From Mayamaea pseudoterrestris (Eukaryota), in NCBI GenBank assembly GCA_027923505.1, contig BROI01000008.1:310001-374000 (forward strand): 64,000 nucleotides of DNA. The letters run 5' to 3'. How positions within the stretch are numbered: the stretch's first letter is position 1; the number at the start of each line of letters is the position of its first letter. Shown here piece by piece: positions 61,271-64,000 of this stretch. Made by a program: the position numbers and the translations under genes. The notes under the pieces were generated by a model. That model saw only the letters and a program-made list of their open reading frames with translations, had not been told where the DNA came from and did not search any database.

Positions 61271-64000
61271 CTACTCCAAGAATCCATTGGGTGTCAGTCG
61301 GGTCCGCCTCTTGCGAAACGCGGTTCCATAGCCACCACCCTTGCGATTATCGTCTTCGTCATCCGATGAGTCGCCACTGGCACCGTGCAAAGATCTTTTC
61401 TTGGGTATAGTCTCGGCTGGGCGTTCAGACGGGAGACTGTTTAGTCTAAGCGTAGCTAGTGCCATTTCGATCAAATGGGGAGGCGGCTTTGGGACAATGG
61501 GGACTCTCAACTTGGATGCTGGGAGCATCACTAGCAAAGACCGAAGCCACTCGGGACTCTGTTGTATGACAAGCATCATGGCTGTACTATGACCCGCGCC
61601 AAGGCCTGTAGCTTGCTGTTGGAACCGTTCTCTGGCGGAAAGAAGTTTCGATGTAGCTCCAGAGTCACCCATTGGCACCTCAAATTCACCTCCGGCGTTG
61701 ATGAGACTTTGAAATTGTGCGCGTTTCTGATATAAAGCATCGCTTGCGCCAGCCGATACGTCAACATCCTTCTCTTGTTTAGCCCTTCTCCGAGACAATG
61801 CAAGTGTAAATCCATCACTACCCAAGAACCCAGACACCTCCAAAAAATCCAGAGCTCGACTCAAGCCGTTGACGATTTTCGAACTCACGTCGTATCCGTC
61901 TAATCTGATTAGCTGCTCGGATATGCTAGTCTTCTGGGCACCGATCAACGGAACGTCGCTGGAAGATAAAAGTCCTCCTGTGGCAACATCTTCGATATCC
62001 GGACCAAGAACAGCAGTCCTTCGCTTTCTCTCAATCTCATCAAGTCGTGCACCACTCGACTCGTCAGGATCCAAAAGCGACTCAAAATAAAGTGTGATGT
62101 CCCAAAGAGCCGCCAGTGATCCTTCTTTTCCCTGGTCTTCACAAGCAGCGACTGCACGACGAAGGAGGGCTCGAAGGTTAGTAGTATCTCCAAGCTCCAA
62201 TAACAGCTGGGCATAGCGCAACACGTATGGTGCCTTTGTCAAAAAGTTGCCATGTTTCCTCAAACCTAGCTCATAGGTTCGCCCTGCAACTTCGCGTGCT
62301 CCATTCATGCGATGTTCCATTGTAGCGTGGGCCGCGTAGAGATGCCACGTAACTACGCCTCTATATGACGCCATGGAAGTTGCCTCGCCCCTACCCATAA
62401 CTTCCAAAAACTGCACTGACTTTGCGAGTCCTTCCTTTCCAATACTAGAATCGAGCCGATTGGTAATTGCCCATTTTTGCTTTTCGGAAACTTCATTGTG
62501 AGATTGATTAGCCACACCATCCCCTCCCTCCTGGGCGGCGTCGTCCTTAAATGTCGCCGCTTCTTCCACGTTGCCTTTAGCGTTAGACGCAACATTAAGC
62601 GCTAGTACTCGTCTCGCTCTCGCAAACACTGCCCGCGCCTCCTCGGCGCCTTTGTATCGTCGCACCAACTGTTGACATATGACGAACCCAAGCGTACTCG
62701 GACATCTTGCTAGCAATCGCTCCATAACATCAATACATTCCATAGAGTCGCAGGCCGACAACTCTACGATCTGCGCCTCTGCATACGCAAGCAAAGTTGA
62801 ATCTGGTATATGACCCTGGGCAAGCTGTAGAACTGCAATCGCTCGTTCTGGACTCTTGCTTTCAGCACCGGACAACTCCCACATGCCCCATTGATACCAG
62901 CATTCGGGATGCCGCGTCATTACGCAAATCATTTCCTTGTATGCATGCCGTATGCGTTGCGCCGATTCGGAGCTTGAAAGTCTCTCCGGATTCGTTCGTT
63001 GGTAGGAAGTCCGAATTTTCCAAATGCGGAGCAGCTTATACTCATCTTCCATCTTTGCGGCGTAATCGTCTTCATTGTCGATTACTGGATCCGTCGCGAG
63101 TCGATCAAGATGTAAGTCTCCAGATCCACCGTAAACCCGATTCCTTTCCAAGTAAACGTTCCGCGCATGCTGATACTTTGGCGCAAAATCTTGCGTCAGT
63201 GCCTGGGCCAAAGCCTCGCTCTGAGTGCGCTCAAACGCTTCGTACTCGTTCCAAAACAGGTCCAGCCCCACCATGGGCAACACAACGGCGCGCTGGTAGA
63301 CGGATCGCAGTTGGACCATTTGCTGCTGCGCCAAAACGTGCTGCATGCCGGAATTCTGATCCACCGTCAATGTCCACGACCGGACAAACGCCAGGTATTG
63401 TTTCCACAAAACGTGATTATTGTGCGCAAATCCCGCATTTTGGACGGCCAAGTCAAATGCCCTTGTCGTCGCTTCTCTCACAGCTATGCGTTGGGCATCG
63501 ACATCATCCGTCGACGCCAGACACTGTCTTCGCGCTTGGCGCGATACGGCGAATATGTATACAAGCCAAAGTTCAACACTCCAAACACAAACCCCTCCTA
63601 GCGGCGAAGGCTTATCATCTTCGGCACCACCATCATCCATTTCGACGGCATGTGATTCATTAGCATTTTCTGCAGCCACTTCTCCATCCAAGTTATATCC
63701 CAGCGAATGGCGTAGCAAGTGTAAAAGTTTCAGTTCACATTGCGCGGCGCGTTGCGGCGACACCAACGATGGAACATGTTTGTGTTCGACCGTCAAGCTT
63801 CGTCGCGCCCATGACTGTTCGTCATCCATAAGTACATGCAAATCGTAGTCATCATCACCAGGCCTTGCCGTCTGCGTCCAAAGAAGCTGTGCAACGCGTA
63901 CTTGATACTGAGCCGCGTAGGGAAACGTTTGGAGCAAATATCCATAGCAGCTTTCAATCCAATCAAGCTGGATCTCGCGTTGGTGAGCGTCATGCGAAGA
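61271..64000 (-). CDS. CSTF3: Cleavage stimulation factor 77 kDa / Rna14 (Suf HAT repeats), 5'-truncated by window edge
   Basis: 'SVELWLVYI', 'LRSVYQRAV..PM..LWNEYEAFE', 'ARAVFARAR' and 'YELGLRK'. Frame is open to 64000. Confidence 0.9.
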   Translation of the reverse strand, partial: SSHDAHQREIQLDWIESCYGYLLQTFPYAAQYQVRVAQLLWTQTARPGDDDYDLHVLMDDEQSWARRSLTVEHKHVPSLVSPQRAAQCELKLLHLLRHSLGYNLDGEVAAENANESHAVEMDDGGAEDDKPSPLGGVCVWSVELWLVYIFAVSRQARRQCLASTDDVDAQRIAVREATTRAFDLAVQNAGFAHNNHVLWKQYLAFVRSWTLTVDQNSGMQHVLAQQQMVQLRSVYQRAVVLPMVGLDLFWNEYEAFERTQSEALAQALTQDFAPKYQHARNVYLERNRVYGGSGDLHLDRLATDPVIDNEDDYAAKMEDEYKLLRIWKIRTSYQRTNPERLSSSESAQRIRHAYKEMICVMTRHPECWYQWGMWELSGAESKSPERAIAVLQLAQGHIPDSTLLAYAEAQIVELSACDSMECIDVMERLLARCPSTLGFVICQQLVRRYKGAEEARAVFARARRVLALNVASNAKGNVEEAATFKDDAAQEGGDGVANQSHNEVSEKQKWAITNRLDSSIGKEGLAKSVQFLEVMGRGEATSMASYRGVVTWHLYAAHATMEHRMNGAREVAGRTYELGLRKHGNFLTKAPYVLRYAQLLLELGDTTNLRALLRRAVAACEDQGKEGSLAALWDITLYFESLLDPDESSGARLDEIERKRRTAVLGPDIEDVATGGLLSSSDVPLIGAQKTSISEQLIRLDGYDVSSKIVNGLSRALDFLEVSGFLGSDGFTLALSRRRAKQEKDVDVSAGASDALYQKRAQFQSLINAGGEFEVPMGDSGATSKLLSARERFQQQATGLGAGHSTAMMLVIQQSPEWLRSLLVMLPASKLRVPIVPKPPPHLIEMALATLRLNSLPSERPAETIPKKRSLHGASGDSSDDEDDNRKGGGYGTAFRKRRTRLTPNGFLE

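Noticed and set aside
62797..63663. 288-aa ORF antisense to CstF-77, and the many similar shadow ORFs
   Set aside because: No recognisable motifs; explained as antisense or alternate frames of real genes.

Overview
Gene-dense nuclear DNA of a photosynthetic stramenopile, most likely a pennate diatom. This is inferred from short GT-AG introns (69-163 bp), many signal-peptide + 'AF' bipartite plastid presequences, nuclear smpB and cpSRP54, and tiny intergenic gaps. The species cannot be determined from the sequence alone. The window holds about 35 protein-coding genes (two truncated by the window edges) and one tRNA-Ser(UGA). No transposase, CRISPR array or rRNA was seen. Most genes are housekeeping (CRN/CLF1, NOC1, dynamin, eIF3h, LysRS, lysA, cpSRP54, PDF, DOHH, syntaxin, NDUFA13, trithorax-like SET, SmpB, CstF-77). 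The most unusual items are domain fusions read by eye: an RRM fused to a RapZ C-terminal-like domain; a plastid-type mTERF + NUMOD1-like HTH + degenerate RNase H protein; a single-pass cell-surface-type protein with a cytosolic RRM; a Cas1p-type O-acetyltransferase with reversed domain order; LysRS with an eEF1B/GST-like tail; and a split pseudo-receiver protein. Non-coding patterns include a hairpin-bearing tandem repeat and two palindromic motifs (TACCGGTA, TGACGTCA) that sort by gene-junction orientation. All family assignments come from motif recognition; no database searches were run.
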